Positions 38,486-51,842 of a stretch of DNA of 64,000 bases are shown here, piece after piece. Position 1 is the first letter of the stretch, and the number at the start of each line of letters is the position of its first letter. The position numbers and the translations under genes were made by a program. The notes below the pieces were generated by a model that was not told where the DNA came from, did not search any database, and worked only from the letters and a program-made list of their open reading frames with translations. Source of the DNA: Felis catus (taxonomy: Eukaryota); contig NC_058368.1 of the NCBI RefSeq assembly GCF_018350175.1, positions 162,194,001 through 162,258,000 on the forward strand, in the 5' to 3' direction.

Positions 38486-38945
38486 ATGACCTTGAATCTT
38501 GAGCTATTAAATATGATGGTGTACTGGATGAATTCTTAAATTTCCATGAAGTTCTAAAATTTAAACTTTTTATAGCATTCTATAGTAGGTATGAATGACT
38601 AATAAACCAGATTAATATACATCCTGAGACAGCTAGATTTTTTTAAAGGAGCTTGCTAACCCAAATTGGTCAGTGTTGAGGCAGCATGATTAAATGAAGA
38701 CTATTCAGTGAATAGATATTTTCTGAAAAGGTCACCTTCCCTCAGCTTCTTAAGAGATTCATCATGGGAAGCTGCCTACACCAAAGATAGATCTAGGTCC
38801 TACTTATTTTAATGTAATTTCATTTACAAATGAAAACCTGGTCTTTCTACAATTTTTTCTTCTGAATTAGATATGTATTCTAATTTTTTTTAAAAAATAT
38901 ATCATTTAGATAATATAGAGTTAATTTTAGAAGGTTTTTATTTAA

Positions 38946-39168
38946 GGGTGACTGGGTGACTCAGTTGGTTAAGCGTCCAACTCTTGGTTTCATCTCATGT
39001 CATGATCTCACGGTTCATGAGTTCAAGCCCCTCATTGGGCTCGTGGCTGACAGCCCAAATCCTGCTTGGGTTTCTCTCTCTCTCTCTCTCTCTCCTTCTC
39101 TCTCTGGCCCTCCCTTGCTCATTGTCTCCCCCCCCCCTCCCCAAATAAATAAATTAATTTAAAAAGTC
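38946..39168 (+). mobile_element. CanSINE
   Basis: TSD tagaaggtttttattta / tagaaagtttttattta. Confidence 0.93.
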
Positions 39169-40414
39169 TATAGAAAGTTTTTATTTAGGTACAAGTGATA
39201 AAATATTTAGTGTTAGAAACACATGATATGCTCCTGTGTTGTGAAAACCTTTTGCTCATTTAGGTTAACCATTTCAAGCAGAGTACAAAATGCTACTGCA
39301 ATACTAAATAAATCAATTACTCATCATACAGGGGAAGGGGAGCATAGTACAATTCATGAAAACACTGTATGAACATATTACTTTATACTTGTCTGATCAT
39401 TCTCTTTTTCCTGTCTATGTTAAAATAAAGAAAAAGGTTAAGAAGCAGATAGTTAGGAGAAGTTGCTTTAAACTATCTAAGACATTCCCATGAAAAGTGA
39501 GTCTTGAGTGTTTTATATTAGACAAAGGTATATGTTTAATTATTAGTGATGTGAGTAATTAGATATAAGGAATAAAGTAAGAATTTTATCTGATTGTATG
39601 AATATATTAGAGATGGAAAATTTAACTTCTACAATAAATGGAGATATAATATACATTGTATGTAAACAGATAATTTTATCTTCTTTCGTCTTATAAATCA
39701 AAAGCTTTATTTCAGCTATTAAACTGCAAGAGTAAATTGGCAATCCATGTATATTCTAAATTCCTTGATTTACCAGAGGACATAGCAAATTCCTAGAATG
39801 CAACCAAAAAGAAAACAATTATATTTCTTTTAGCCAGACGCCACACTTTACTAATCTTTTATTGTCCAATATGCCACTTGAGTGTATTTTATATGTGAGT
39901 TGATTGAGGGCCCTTTTAAAGAAATAAAAACAAAGCTGAATTACAAGTTAATTAATTTTTTAAAAAAAATTAATTACAAATTAATTTTTTAAATTCATCA
40001 AAATGAATTAAATTACATTAAGTAATGTGAGTACTGTGATTCTGTGTTTCTACAGTCTATGACACAGGGTGGGTTTGGTCCATATATACTGCTTGTTAAG
40101 GCCAACACTGGTTTAGCATTACTGGTCAGGGAATGTTCTATGTGATTTATATTTATAGAGTTCTTTAATTTTCACCACAATTCAATAAGAAAACAAATTT
40201 GTTTTCATACCAAAAAAAAAAAAAAACTTCTGAAGCAAGAGATTTTAATTAAATTTTCAAGGTTACATGACAAGTGATAGAGCAGATTTAAAAGTTGGCA
40301 GTCAAGCAAAAGAACTCTCTTAAATACTACATGATACTGCTTCTAACATCGTGTATATCACAACAATATTTCTTTCCACCACTGAGTACTAAGAAGAATT
40401 ATGTTTCTAATATG

Positions 40415-40999
40415 TGTAAGGGAGGAAATACTTTTCCTCTACTCTCTTATGTTATGTCACTGGGACCTGTGAATTAAATGGGCAAAAGACAGATTAACAG
40501 GGGGAGAAAAAGGATATAAACGTTATTTCATGTTACTATTTTAATTTTTTATGTACATAGAGGCCTTCATAGAAAAGAAGCCAAGTTCCAAAGAAGCAGT
40601 TAAACTCAGGGTGGGAGTGGGGGGGATGGCAGGGAGAGGAGGAGTTATATACCATTTTAACAAAGGGCAATACATTGTGGAGAAATGACAGGACAAAGGA
40701 AAAGGGGTTTGAGATTCTAGGGGCGGTAAATTATGGAAGGTAGATATATGAAAGATAGTGGTGAGTGGAAGATAAGGGTTATTTTGTAAGATTCTGTTTA
40801 TGTAGGCACATCTCGGCAATGTTCTGTCTCTGGTGAATAAAGATTGTTCTTCCCTTCCTGGTATGAGAAAAGAGGACACCTTCACAAGGGAAATTTGTGC
40901 CCAGCTTTTAAGCAGATAAGGAAAGAATATCCTGTGTCTGTTCTTTCTCAATTGCCTTCAGATCAAAGTGCCATATTCTAGGTATTCTGATCCTCTTCA
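40415..40999 (-). mobile_element. ERV1 solo LTR (MER34-like)
   Basis: TG...CA boundaries; reverse strand begins tgaagaggatcagaat...tttgatctgaaggcaattgagaaag, like MER34. Confidence 0.75.
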
Positions 41000-42418
41000 C
41001 GTGGAAATAAGAATCTGGGTATTTAAAATAAAAACATGATGTGTGAGAAATGTATCTGGAACCAACCATAATAGAAGTGAGGGCCAGTTGCTGGAGGTCC
41101 TTTAAGTTGCTTGTCAGTAGTTAGGTAACATCATGGTCATTCTTACTCATGTAAACACATGGAGAGATCAACTTCCAAAAAGTTGTTTCCTGCTTCCCTG
41201 AAAGTATTACATGCCTGATGCAAGGTGGGGACTAGGTTACTGTACATTGATATGCTTAGTATTGGGGAGTATAATTATGATATAAGTAAGACAGGATAAT
41301 GAAGGTAAGCTAGCTGGATAGGATGACATGCAATGGTTTAAAAAATTTAAGTGCACTCAGATTTCTTTCTGAAGAGGAGTAGTAAAGCCCACAGCACCTG
41401 TCACCATTTTAGATATGATTATCTAGAAGAACAGTAGGTGCAGACAACACATCAATCCATAGGCATTGGTCAGAACTAACTTCACATGAAGCCACACTGT
41501 TGTTCATGGTATTTGTATTTGCTTGGGGTGGCACATGTGGCAGTAGGAAAGAGAGATGTCCCAGGCCTTTTGTGAGGACTTGCAGACAATTTCTGGGCTG
41601 TCATTCACAGGCCAGAAGAAATGAATGTAAAACAGTCATTAAACAGTTTTAGTCTTTTCCCTCCACTTGACTGTCTTGTAGGCTTAATCAGTGCTCTGTA
41701 GACTCATGTCATGGCACACTGATTCTCCAGGATGCCCATGCAATTCTCTGCTTAACAGTGGAGTTGAATGCTTCCAACAATAGTAGTGCTTTTTTCCCAA
41801 AACTTGTTTGTAACATTTTCATTATTATTGTAATCACTTAATTTAAGTTAAATGCTTCCAAATATTGCACAAAAAGAAAAATTAAATTAAATGTAAGATG
41901 ACCACAAAAGATTAGGGAAAGTGATGGTATTTATATTCATCAAGTCCTTTTAAAATGTATTTAAGTTAATCTAGTAATTTAAAGAAATCAAAACTGATAA
42001 CATAAGTGCCCTGAGAACACAGGTTAGATAAGAAAAAGCTGAAATTAAATTAGTTAAAGACCTATCTTGGTATTTTAACAAATAAATAAATATGATGTAT
42101 TTTAAGTTAAATATTTATGGAAATACATATTTATTCTTTCTAACATTACTTTTTACATTAACCATTTTAAGTTTTTCAGTGTCTGTCAGTTTAATTTAAT
42201 GAAATAAATGGAGTATGACATAAATATACTCATTATAAGGTTTGTGTGTTTCAGGGTGAAGGTAACATATCATATCAGGCCTTTCTCTACCTACTACCTT
42301 ATAAAGTTCTGTCCTTTGTTCCACAATCAGAGTCATTGCAACTAGAGACCACAACACATCTTGGTAGGGTTTGAGTTTACCACAGTGGACTTTCATTTCT
42401 TTTTTGACAAGGAAAAAT

Positions 42419-42538
42419 GAAGGAAGGAAGGAAGGAAGGAAGGAAGGAAGGAAGGAAGGAAGGAAGGAAGGAAGGAAGAAAAAAAAAGGAGGGAAGGAAG
42501 GAAGGAAGGAAGGAAGGAAGGAAGGAAGGAAGGAAGGA

Positions 42539-42606
<68 letters not shown>

Positions 42607-42675
42607 AAAAGGAGAGAGGGAGGAGAGAGGGAGGGAGAAAGAAAGAAGGAAAGAAAGGAAGAGGAAGGAAGAGGA
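42419..42675. repeat. (GGAA)n/(GAAA)n pure-purine compound microsatellite
   Basis: 257 nt with no pyrimidine on the + strand. Confidence 0.98.
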
Positions 42676-43107
42676 TATTTACCCTGTTACATAGAAACTT
42701 TAACAAATTCTTATGTTTCAGAATTTGCAAAACTGAAACCTGATACTTTTGTGGATTATGCTTTATTACATTTTAAAATGAAAGGGAAATATATTTTTCT
42801 CAAGGAAATTGAGGCCTTATGGTGTGATTTTGTATGAGAAGGAAATAATTGCAGGACGTTGAGCTTTGTATTATAGCCTCCTTATAATCCAAAGGTGACA
42901 CTCGTGTTTGGAAAATGCCAAAATAATTTAATGATCTATAAGGTACTCTTACAAAAATAAATGCAACGAATTTAAAGGTTCACTTTATACTATGAAAGAA
43001 TTGCTATCATTATGAAAAATATCCAACCTATCAGAAGAGCAATTTATACTTTCAGAAAACTTGTCTCAATTATAAAGCAAATATGTTAATGTATAAAGTA
43101 TTTCTTG

Positions 43108-43330
43108 TGGCACCTGGGTGGCTCAGTGAGTTAAACATCTGACTCTTGATCTCAGCATTGGTCACGATCTCACATTTTGTGAGTTTGAGCCCCACATCAC
43201 GCTCTGTGCTGATGGTGCAGAGCCTTCTTGGGATTCTGTCTCTCCTTCTCTCTGCCCCTCCCTGGCTTGTGCGCTCACTCTCGCTCTCTCTCTCTCTCTC
43301 CCTCAAAATAAATAAATTAACTTAAAAAAA
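43108..43330 (+). mobile_element. CanSINE
   Basis: SINE head, body and tail. Confidence 0.93.
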
Positions 43331-43734
43331 GTTAAAATATTTCTCAAGACTTTTGAGACACTGGTGACATATTATTTATACATTGTCACGGGAAAAGAGG
43401 CAGTATTGCTTTCCCTGGTTAAGTACTTTGAAAGTAATGTCCCACATTGGATCAAGTATTATAACGTCATACAAATCAGTTTCTTTTTATCATTATAGAT
43501 CTTAATTAAGCCATTTTGTATATAAAACATTATTTCATTACTTCTTTTTTGTTTTCCTTACTGTGTATAATTTACACGTATATTTTGTTTTCATTTGGGT
43601 GTAACATCCAACATTCATTTCCCATTATTTATCCATAACACTCCATGTAAATTACTCATGTGAAGTATCAAGAAAATGGTCTTTGATATCTGAAAGCACA
43701 GATTCAAATTCTGTGCTTTGCCACTTACTTTATT

Positions 43735-44613
43735 CCAGCAGTCTACATAGAAAATTCAAGGCATCAACAAGCATCCTAGAATAAGTGATTCAGCAACATT
43801 GCAGGATACAAGGTAACACACAAAAATCAATTATATTTCTGTATTATGTTACTATATATTAGTAAGGAATAAGTGGGGAATGAAATTTAAAACAAGATAC
43901 CATTTATAAATTGAATAGAAATGACATACTTAGGTTTAATTCTAAATTAAAAAGAACAGTGAGGGTGGTTTGTTTGCATGCTAAAAACTATACAACACTA
44001 TTTAAAGAAATCAAGGATTATTAAAAATGGGGAGTCATACCATGACAATCAGCTGGAAATCTCAACATAGTAAAGAACTCCATTCTCCTCAGACTGGCAT
44101 ACAGATTTAACAAAATTCCCATCCCAGAAAAATATTTGCACATATAGAAAAACTTATTTCAAAATTTTTATGGGAAGGCGTCAGAAATATAATAACTAAA
44201 ACAATGTTTAAAAAATAAGAATGTGAGAGGAATCATTCTACCCAATTCCAATACTTACTCTGGAGTACCATTAATCAAGTCTATGTGGTATTGGCAAAAA
44301 GGTAAACAAATAGATCAATAGAGGAAATAGAAAACCCAGAAACAAAACCACACAAATAATGCTGAGCTGACATCTGGCAAAGTTGCCAAGGTAATGCAAT
44401 GGAAGAGAGTCTTTCAACAGTGGGCTGGAGCAATTGGGCACCCATAATAAATAAAAATAGAACAGTGAACCCTGACTTAAGTCTCACACATTACAGACAT
44501 TAATCAGAATGGATCGTAAACTTAAATGTAAAAGGTAAATGAGAAATATTTTAGAAATAACACATAGGAGAAAAACTTTAGGATCTAGCATTAAGCAAAA
44601 AATCTTAAACTTG
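43735..44613 (+). mobile_element. Old L1 (L1MB/MC-like) ORF2, left part
   Basis: Decayed ORF2; continues collinearly at 50938 after the younger L1. Confidence 0.85.
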
Positions 44614-46145
44614 CAGGAGGTTAGATGGTGGAGTTGTAGGAGGACCCTAAGGCTTGTCTTGTCTCGTGAACACAGCTAGATAACTATCAAATCATTCTCA
44701 ATACTCAATAAATTGATCTGAGGACTGATAGAACAAATTTCACAACTAGAGAAAGAGAAGAGGGCACTTTGAGGAAGGTAGGAAGAGATGCAGAGATATG
44801 GTTTTAGGTAGAAATAGACCATGGTGCTGCAGAAGAGAGGGAGCCCTGATCACAGAGAAAGATGAGAGAAAGTGGAATATACAGAGATAAGCAAAAGGAG
44901 AACACTTCCCCAAAGCCATATCCTGGGAAAAAAGAGAGGGGCTGAATTTTATTTTTACAACAAACATGGCTCAAACACTGGAGTTTCAGAGGTCCCTAGG
45001 CTTGGCTATGATAGAGACCTGAGGGCATTGTTCTATTCCTAGAGTGGAGGCAGACAGACAATCCAGAGCAGACTGAATGATATAAGGATCACCTAACAGG
45101 CACCACAAGAGACTGTTCATACTTTTGGAGTGCATCTATAAGAGGTGGCATTGCTTCTCCAGGGGAAAAAAAAAATGTCAGATGCCGTTCCCGCCCCCCC
45201 CTCACCCTTCACCATAGGTGCAGAGACACCTACTGAAGACAACTAACCTAGCCTGCTTGTTCTAAATCCCATGCCCCTGCACTCTGGCACAGCTGCCTTT
45301 CTGGGTCAAACTTGCATTAGTCCCAGTGCAGGGAGACCTTTCTTAGAGGATCAGTGCAATTCTCTGCCACACCAGGTCCCTGAGTTTGGAATTTTAAACC
45401 AATAAGACTGGCTAGGGTACAGCCCAATGTGAGATGTGCTGCTCCAGGCAGGTAAGTGGCTGAGAGACAGACAATGTGAAATCAGAAATCTGAAAAATGC
45501 CTGTGATGCACCAAGGGAAACTATTAACTCCTCTGAAAGTGCTTCCCCAAGAGTAGTAAGCATGGCCTCCTGTCTCCAGGGACAAAAGAACAGGATGGCA
45601 TTATTTCCCTTCCATGCTCCTCAGCATAAACCAACTTTAGGAAATAGCACAGTGCCAACACTGCTGCCTAACCTGCTAACACCAAGCCCTGCTCCCTTCC
45701 ACTCCACTGGTACTGCTTTTCTAGGGCAAGTGTACCTAACAACCAGCACAGTGGGCCCCTCCCCGAGAAGACCAGCATAAACCCACACACGCACCATGTC
45801 TACTGACCATAGATAGGGTTCTGCATAGCTTCAATTCTAGTAGAAATAACATCAGGTCTCTTTAAGCAAGGTGAGCAGAAGAAAACCTCACTAAAATTCA
45901 CCACACTCTTGCCAAGGTCCAAACACTCTTCACTGCAGGCAATGAGAAACTCTCCAGAGGACTGACATGAAGGACAGAGCAGCCATAATGCAGGAGGAGA
46001 ATGTATGCAGCACACACCAGAGACACTTCCTGAAGTGCCAGACCCTGGACATTGTATGACCTCTTCTTCATAAAGCCACTACTTTTGGGAGCAGGGAACA
46101 TAACAGGCTTTCCTAACACACAGAAGAAGACAGAGACCTAGAAAA

Positions 46146-47018
46146 ATGACAAGATGGAGAAATTTATCACAAAAGAAAGAATAAGAAAAGGTCACAGCCA
46201 GGGATCTAATTGAAACCAATATAAATAATATGTCTGATCCAGAATTTAAAGCAACAACCATAAGGATACTACCTGGGCTTAAGAAAAACATGGCAGACAT
46301 CAGGGAGACCCTTATCACAGAGGTAAAAGAGCAAAAATGAATCAGGCCAAGTGAAAAATGCAATAACCAAGATTTGAAACCGGTGTAATCACAAGGATGG
46401 AATAAGCAAAAGAATGAATAAGTGATATGGAAGACAGAATTATGGAAAATAAAGAAGCTGAAGAAAAGAGCGAATGAAAAATACTGGATCATGAAAGTAG
46501 ACTTAGGCAACTCAGTGACCCATCAAACATAATATCATTCATATCCTCGGAGTCCCAGAAGGGAAGGAAAAAGGGACAAAGGTTTATTTGGGGGAAATTA
46601 TAGCTGAAAACTTCCCTAAACCTGGGAAAAAATAAACATCAAATGCATGAGGCACACAGAACTCCCATTAAAGTCAACAAAAGCAGGCCAACACCAAGAC
46701 GTATCATTGTTAAATTTGCAAAATATAGATATAAAGAAAAAAATCCTAAGGGCACCAAGACAAAAGAATTCCCTAACTTACAAGGGAAGACAAATAAGGT
46801 TAGCAACAGAACTCTCCACAGAAGCTTGGCAAGAAAGAAGAGAGTGGCATGATATATTCATATGCTGAATGGAAAAAATCTGCAGCCGAGAATACTCTAT
46901 CTACCAAGGCTATCATTCAGAGCAGGAGAGGGTAAAGAGTTTTCCAAACAGACAAAACCTAAAGGAGTTCATGATCACTAAACCAGCCCTGCAAGAAATA
47001 TTAAAGGGGATTCTATGA
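46146..47018 (+). pseudogene. L1 ORF1 remnant
   Basis: Fragments EAHRTPIKVNKSRPTPRRIIVKFAKY and LTYKGRQIRLATELSTEAWQERREWHDIF; several stops and frameshifts. Confidence 0.9.
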
Positions 47019-47214
47019 ATGGGAAAGAAAGACCAAAAGTGACAGATCAGGAAGGAACAGAGAATTTCCAGAAACAACAACAAAACAAGTAAAATCACAC
47101 TGAATTTGAATCTGTCAGTAAATCACTCTGAATTTAAATGGACTAAATGCTCCAGTCAAAAGACATAGGTGTCAGAATGAATTTAAAACAAAAACAAAAA
47201 CAAAAAACCCATCA

Positions 47215-47325
47215 GGGCACGTGGCTGGTGTAGTCAGTGGAACATGTGACTCTAGATCTTGGGGTTCTGAGTTCAAGCCCAACTTTGGATATAGAGATTA
47301 ATTAGAAATAATTTATTTTTAAAAA
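47215..47325 (+). mobile_element. Short older-type CanSINE
   Basis: tRNA-like head, agagatta, A-tail, no CT tract. Confidence 0.85.
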
Positions 47326-48125
47326 AGACCTGTCTATATGGTGCTTACAAGAGACTCATTTTAGTCTGAAAGACATCTTCTGATTAAAAGTAAGGGATGG
47401 AGAACCATTTATCATGCAAATGGACATAAAAACAAAGCCAGAGTAGCAATACTTCCATCAGACAAACTAGATTTTAAAATAAAGACTGTAACAAGAGATG
47501 AAGAATGTCATTATATCATAATAAAGAGGAATATCCAACAAGACCTAACAATTATAAATATTTATACCCCCAACTTTGAAAAACCCAAATATATAAAACA
47601 ATAGCAAACATAAAGGAACTTACTGGTAATAATATAATAATAGCACAATAATAATACAAGGATACAATAACACCCCCACTTACATCAATGGACAGATCAT
47701 CTAAGCAGAAAATCAACAAGGAAACAATGCCTTTGAATCACTGGACCAGATAGACTTAAAAGATATATTCAAAACATTTCATCCTTTTTGAGTGCATGTG
47801 GAACACTCTTTTCGAGTGCACATGCACATTCTCCAAAATAGGTCACATGGTAAGTCACATATCAGGCCTCAGCAAGTACAATACCATGATCTTTTCTGAC
47901 CACAACACTATGAAACTTGAAGTCAATCATAAAAAATTTGGAAGGCTCACAAATACTCCAAGGTTAAAGAACATCCTACTAAGAATGAATAAGTCAATCA
48001 AGAAATTAAAGAAGAAATTTTTAAAAATACATGGAAACAAATGAAAATCAAAACACAGTAGTCCCAAATCTTGTGATGCAGCAAAAGTGAGAATATACAG
48101 GCCTACCTCAAGAAGACTGAACCAA

Positions 48126-48366
48126 GGGGCGCCTGGGTGGCGCAGTCGGTTAAGCGTCCGACTTCAGCCAGGTCACGATCTCGCGGTCCGTGAGTTCCAG
48201 CCCCGCGTCGGGCTCTGGGCTGATGGCTCAGAGCCTGGAGCCTGTTTCTGTATCTGTGTCTCCCTCTCTCTCTGCCCCTCCCCCGTTCATGCTGTGTCTC
48301 TCTCTCTGTCCCAAAAATAAATAAATGTTGAAAAAAAAAAATTAAAAAAAAAAAAAAAAAAAAAAA
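48126..48366 (+). mobile_element. Young felid CanSINE (SINEC_Fc-like)
   Basis: Perfect 16-bp TSD aagaagactgaaccaa; long, pure A-tail. Confidence 0.98.
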
Positions 48367-49304
48367 AAGAAGACTGAACCAAAAAATTGTTAGAACTGAT
48401 AACATGAATTCAGAAAAATCTCAGGATATAAAATCAATGTACAGAAGTCAATTGTGTTTCTCTACACCAATAAGGAAGCAGCAGAAAGAGAAATCCAGGA
48501 ATCTATCCCATTTACAATTGCAACAATACCCATAAGATACTTAGGAATAAACCTAACCAAAGAGGTGCAAGACTTGTACTCTGAAAACTGTAAAATACTG
48601 ATGAAAGAAATTAAAGATGACACAAAGAAATGGAAAAACATTCCATGCTTATGGATTGGAATAACAAATATTGTTAAAAATTTTAAACTATCCAAGGCAA
48701 TCTACACATTTAGTGCAGTCCTTATCAAAATACCACCAACATTTTTCACAGAGCTAAAACAAACAATCCTAAAATTTGTATGGAACCACAAAAGACCCTG
48801 AATTAGCCAAAGCAATCTTGAAAAAGAAAAGCAGAGCAGGCGGCATCACAATTTGGGACCTCAAGTTATATTACAAACCTGTAGTCATCAAGATAGTTTG
48901 GTATTGACACAAAAACAGACACATAGGTCTATCTATGGAACAGAATAGAAAACCCAGAAATGGACACACAACTATGTGGTCAAGTCATCTTCGACAAAGA
49001 AGGACAGAGTATCCAATGGAAAAAAAGACAGTCTCTTCAACAAATGGTGTTGGGAAAACGGGACAATAGCATGCAGAAGAATAAAACTTGGCCACATTTT
49101 TTATGCCCTACACAAAAGTAAATTCAAAATGGATGAAAGACCTAAATGTGAGATAAGAAACCATCAAAATTCTAGAGTACAACAGAGGCAGCAATCTCTT
49201 TGACATCAGCCAGAGCAACTTCTTACTAGACATGTTTCCTGAAGCAAGGGAAACAAAAGGAAAAATGAACTACTGGGACTTGATCAAGATAAAAAAATTG
49301 GGGG

Positions 49305-49516
49305 GGGGCGCCTGGTTGGCTCAGTCAGTTAGGCATCCAACTTCGGCTCAGGTCATGATCTCACAGTTTGTGAGTTTGAGCCCTGCATGGGGCTCTGTGC
49401 TGAAAACTCAGAGCCTATAACTGCTTCGGATTCTGTGTCTCCCTCTCTTTCTGCCCCTCCCCGGCTCATGCTCTCTTTCTCTCAAAAATAAATAAGCATT
49501 AAAAAAAATTTTTTTA
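49305..49516 (+). mobile_element. CanSINE
   Basis: SINE within L1 ORF2. Confidence 0.95.
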
Positions 49517-49647
49517 AAGATTTAAAAACTTTTGCATAGTGAAGGAAACAGTCAACAAAACTAAAATGCAACATTCAGAATAGGAGAAGGGATTTAAAAA
49601 TGATACATCTGATAAAGGGTTAGTATATAAAATCTATAAAGAACATT

Positions 49648-49872
49648 TGGGACGCCTGGGTGACTCGGTTGAGCCTCCAACTTGTCTCAGGTCATGATTT
49701 CATAGTACATGGGTTGTGACATCTCAGAACCTGGAGCCTGCTTCAGATTCTGTGTCTCCCTCTCTCTCTGCCCCTCCTCCACTTGTGTGCATTCTCTCTC
49801 TCTCTGTCTCTGTCTCTCTCTCTCAAAATAAATAAACTTTAAAAAATATTTTAAAAAATAATAAAAAATAAA
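49648..49872 (+). mobile_element. CanSINE (internal deletion)
   Basis: TSD ctataaagaacat. Confidence 0.93.
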
Positions 49873-50325
49873 AACTATAAAGAACATCAAACTCAACACC
49901 CAAAAAACAAATGATCCGGTTAAGAAATAGGCATAAGACATGAATAGACATTTTTCTAAAGAAGACTCAGATGGCTAACAGACACAAGAAAAGATCCTAA
50001 CATCACTCATCATAAGAGAAATACAAATAAAAACTACAATGTTACCTCACACCTGTTAGAATGGCTAGAATTAACAATGCAGGAAACAACAGATGTTGGT
50101 GAGGGTGTGAAGAAGGGGGAACCCTTTTTCCCTGTTGGTGGGAATGCAGACTGGTGCAACCACTCTGGAAACATGGAGGTTCCTCAAAAAGTTAAAAATA
50201 CAGGTACCCTGTGATCCAACAATTGCATTCCCAGGTATTTACCCAAGGGATACAAAAATACTGATTTATAGGGATACATGCATCCAGATGTTTATAGCAG
50301 AATTATCAACAATAGCCAAATTATG

Positions 50326-50404
50326 GAAAGAGCCCAATGTCCATCAACTGATGAAAGAGCCCAATGTCCATCAACTGATGAAAGAGCCCAATGTCCATCA
50401 ACTG
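50326..50404 (+). repeat. 27-bp tandem triplication
   Basis: gaaagagcccaatgtccatcaactgat x2 plus a 25-nt third copy. Confidence 0.98.
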
Positions 50405-50418
50405 GTAAAGAATTTGTG

Positions 50419-50420
<2 letters not shown>

Positions 50421-50469
<49 letters not shown>

Positions 50470-50528
50470 ACATATATATATATGTGTGTGTATACATATA
50501 TATATATATATACACATATAATATATAT
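50421..50528. repeat. (TA)n microsatellite within the L1
   Basis: Direct inspection. Confidence 0.95.
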
Positions 50529-50937
50529 GAATAATATTACTCATCCACAAAAAAGAATGAAATCTTGCCATTTGCAATGATGTGGATGGAGCTAGAGTGT
50601 ATAATGCTAAGAGAATTAAATCAGAGAGGGAGAATACTATATGATTTCACTTATATGTGGAATTTAAGAAACAAAACAGGTGAACATGGTGTGGGGGAGA
50701 AGAGAGAGGCAAACCATAAAGCCAACTGTTAGTATAGAGAACAAATTGAGGGGTGGGGGGATGGGTTACATGGGAAATAGCTATTAAGGAGGGCATTTGT
50801 TGTAATGAACACTGGGTGTTGTATGTAAGTGATGAATCACTAAATCCTACAGCTGAAACTAATATTACACTGTATGTTAACTAACTGAAATTTGAGTAAA
50901 AACTTGAAAAAAGAAAATTAACAAAAGCTTACACTTG

Positions 50938-51840
50938 ATATCAAAAGCATGATCTAGGGCACCTGAGTAGCTCAGGTGGTCAAGTGTCCAACTCTTGAAA
51001 GCAGCTCTGGTCTTGATCTCAGGGTCATGAGTTCAAGATCTGCATTGGGCTCCATGCTGGGTGCAGAGCCTACTTAAAAAAAAAAAAAAAGAAGAAGAAA
51101 AGAAAAAAAAGGAAAAAAAAAAAAGCATGATCCATAAAGGGAAAAATGATAAACTGGACTTCATCGTAAATGAAAAATTTTGCTTTCTGAAAGATCTTGT
51201 TAAGATGATGAATAGGCAAGCTAGAGACCAGGAGAAAATATTTGGAAACCATACATTTGACAAGGGAATAGTATCTAGAGCACATAATGAATGACGTCTC
51301 CAAACTCAACATTAAAAAAAAGAAAGAAAAAACTGAAAAAATGGCCAAAAGACATATGCAAACATTTCCCTGAAGAAGATATGCAAATGGAAAATTATTA
51401 CATAAAAAGTCAATAATATTAGCCATTGATTGAATGGAAATGAAAACCACATATCACTACATACTTAAAAAAATGGCCAAAATTAAAAAAAAAAAAAGTA
51501 ACACCAAATGCTGGGAAGGATGAGGATAAACTGACCTACCCATTCATATATTTGTAGTGGGAAAATAAGATATGGCCAATCTATAAAATACTTTGGCACT
51601 TTCCTAAAATATTAAACATGCAACTTTCATATGACTCAGCAGTTGCAATTTTGTACATTTTTCTCAGAGAAGAGAAATTTATGTTTATACACACACAAAC
51701 TTAATGATATTTATGGTATATTTATTTATAATAGTGATAAAGGGGGAAAAACACAATTGGATGCTCTTCAGTGGTAAATGATTACATTGTGGTACATGGA
51801 TACCACAGAACACAGCAATGAACTACAGATATTTGCAACC
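50938..51840 (+). mobile_element. Old L1, right part (continuation of 43735-44613)
   Basis: aaaagcatgatccataaagggaaaaatgataaactggacttcatc continues ORF2 collinearly. Confidence 0.85.
50956..51120 (+). mobile_element. CanSINE (short type)
   Basis: TSD aaaagcatgatc. Confidence 0.92.
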
Positions 51841-51842
51841 CA

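Larger units (their letters stand above)
47105..50667 (+). pseudogene. L1 ORF2 remnant lacking most of the RT domain
   Basis: EN start (ITLNLNGLNAPVKRHR), FSDHN motif, then a jump to the post-RT region (ORF 48454..48801) and the C-terminus MISLICGI*. Confidence 0.9.
44614..50920 (+). mobile_element. End-to-end carnivore L1 (5'UTR, ORF1, internally deleted ORF2, 3'UTR) containing four SINEs
   Basis: GC-richer 5'UTR, ORF1 and ORF2 remnants, 3'UTR; degenerate TSD aaaaaatcttaaacttg (44597-44613) / acaaaagcttacacttg (50921-50937). Confidence 0.93.

Noticed and set aside
39949..39976. AT-only inverted repeat with 13-bp arms
   Set aside because: Low complexity, likely a by-product of local duplication or slippage.
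42371..42743. Lys/Arg/Glu-rich and Phe/Leu-rich ORFs (likewise at 7346, 8240-8820, 9901 and 56817)
   Set aside because: These are translations of microsatellites.
50326..50404. Direct repeats as a CRISPR-like array
   Set aside because: There are no spacers; it is a head-to-tail duplication of L1 sequence in mammalian DNA.
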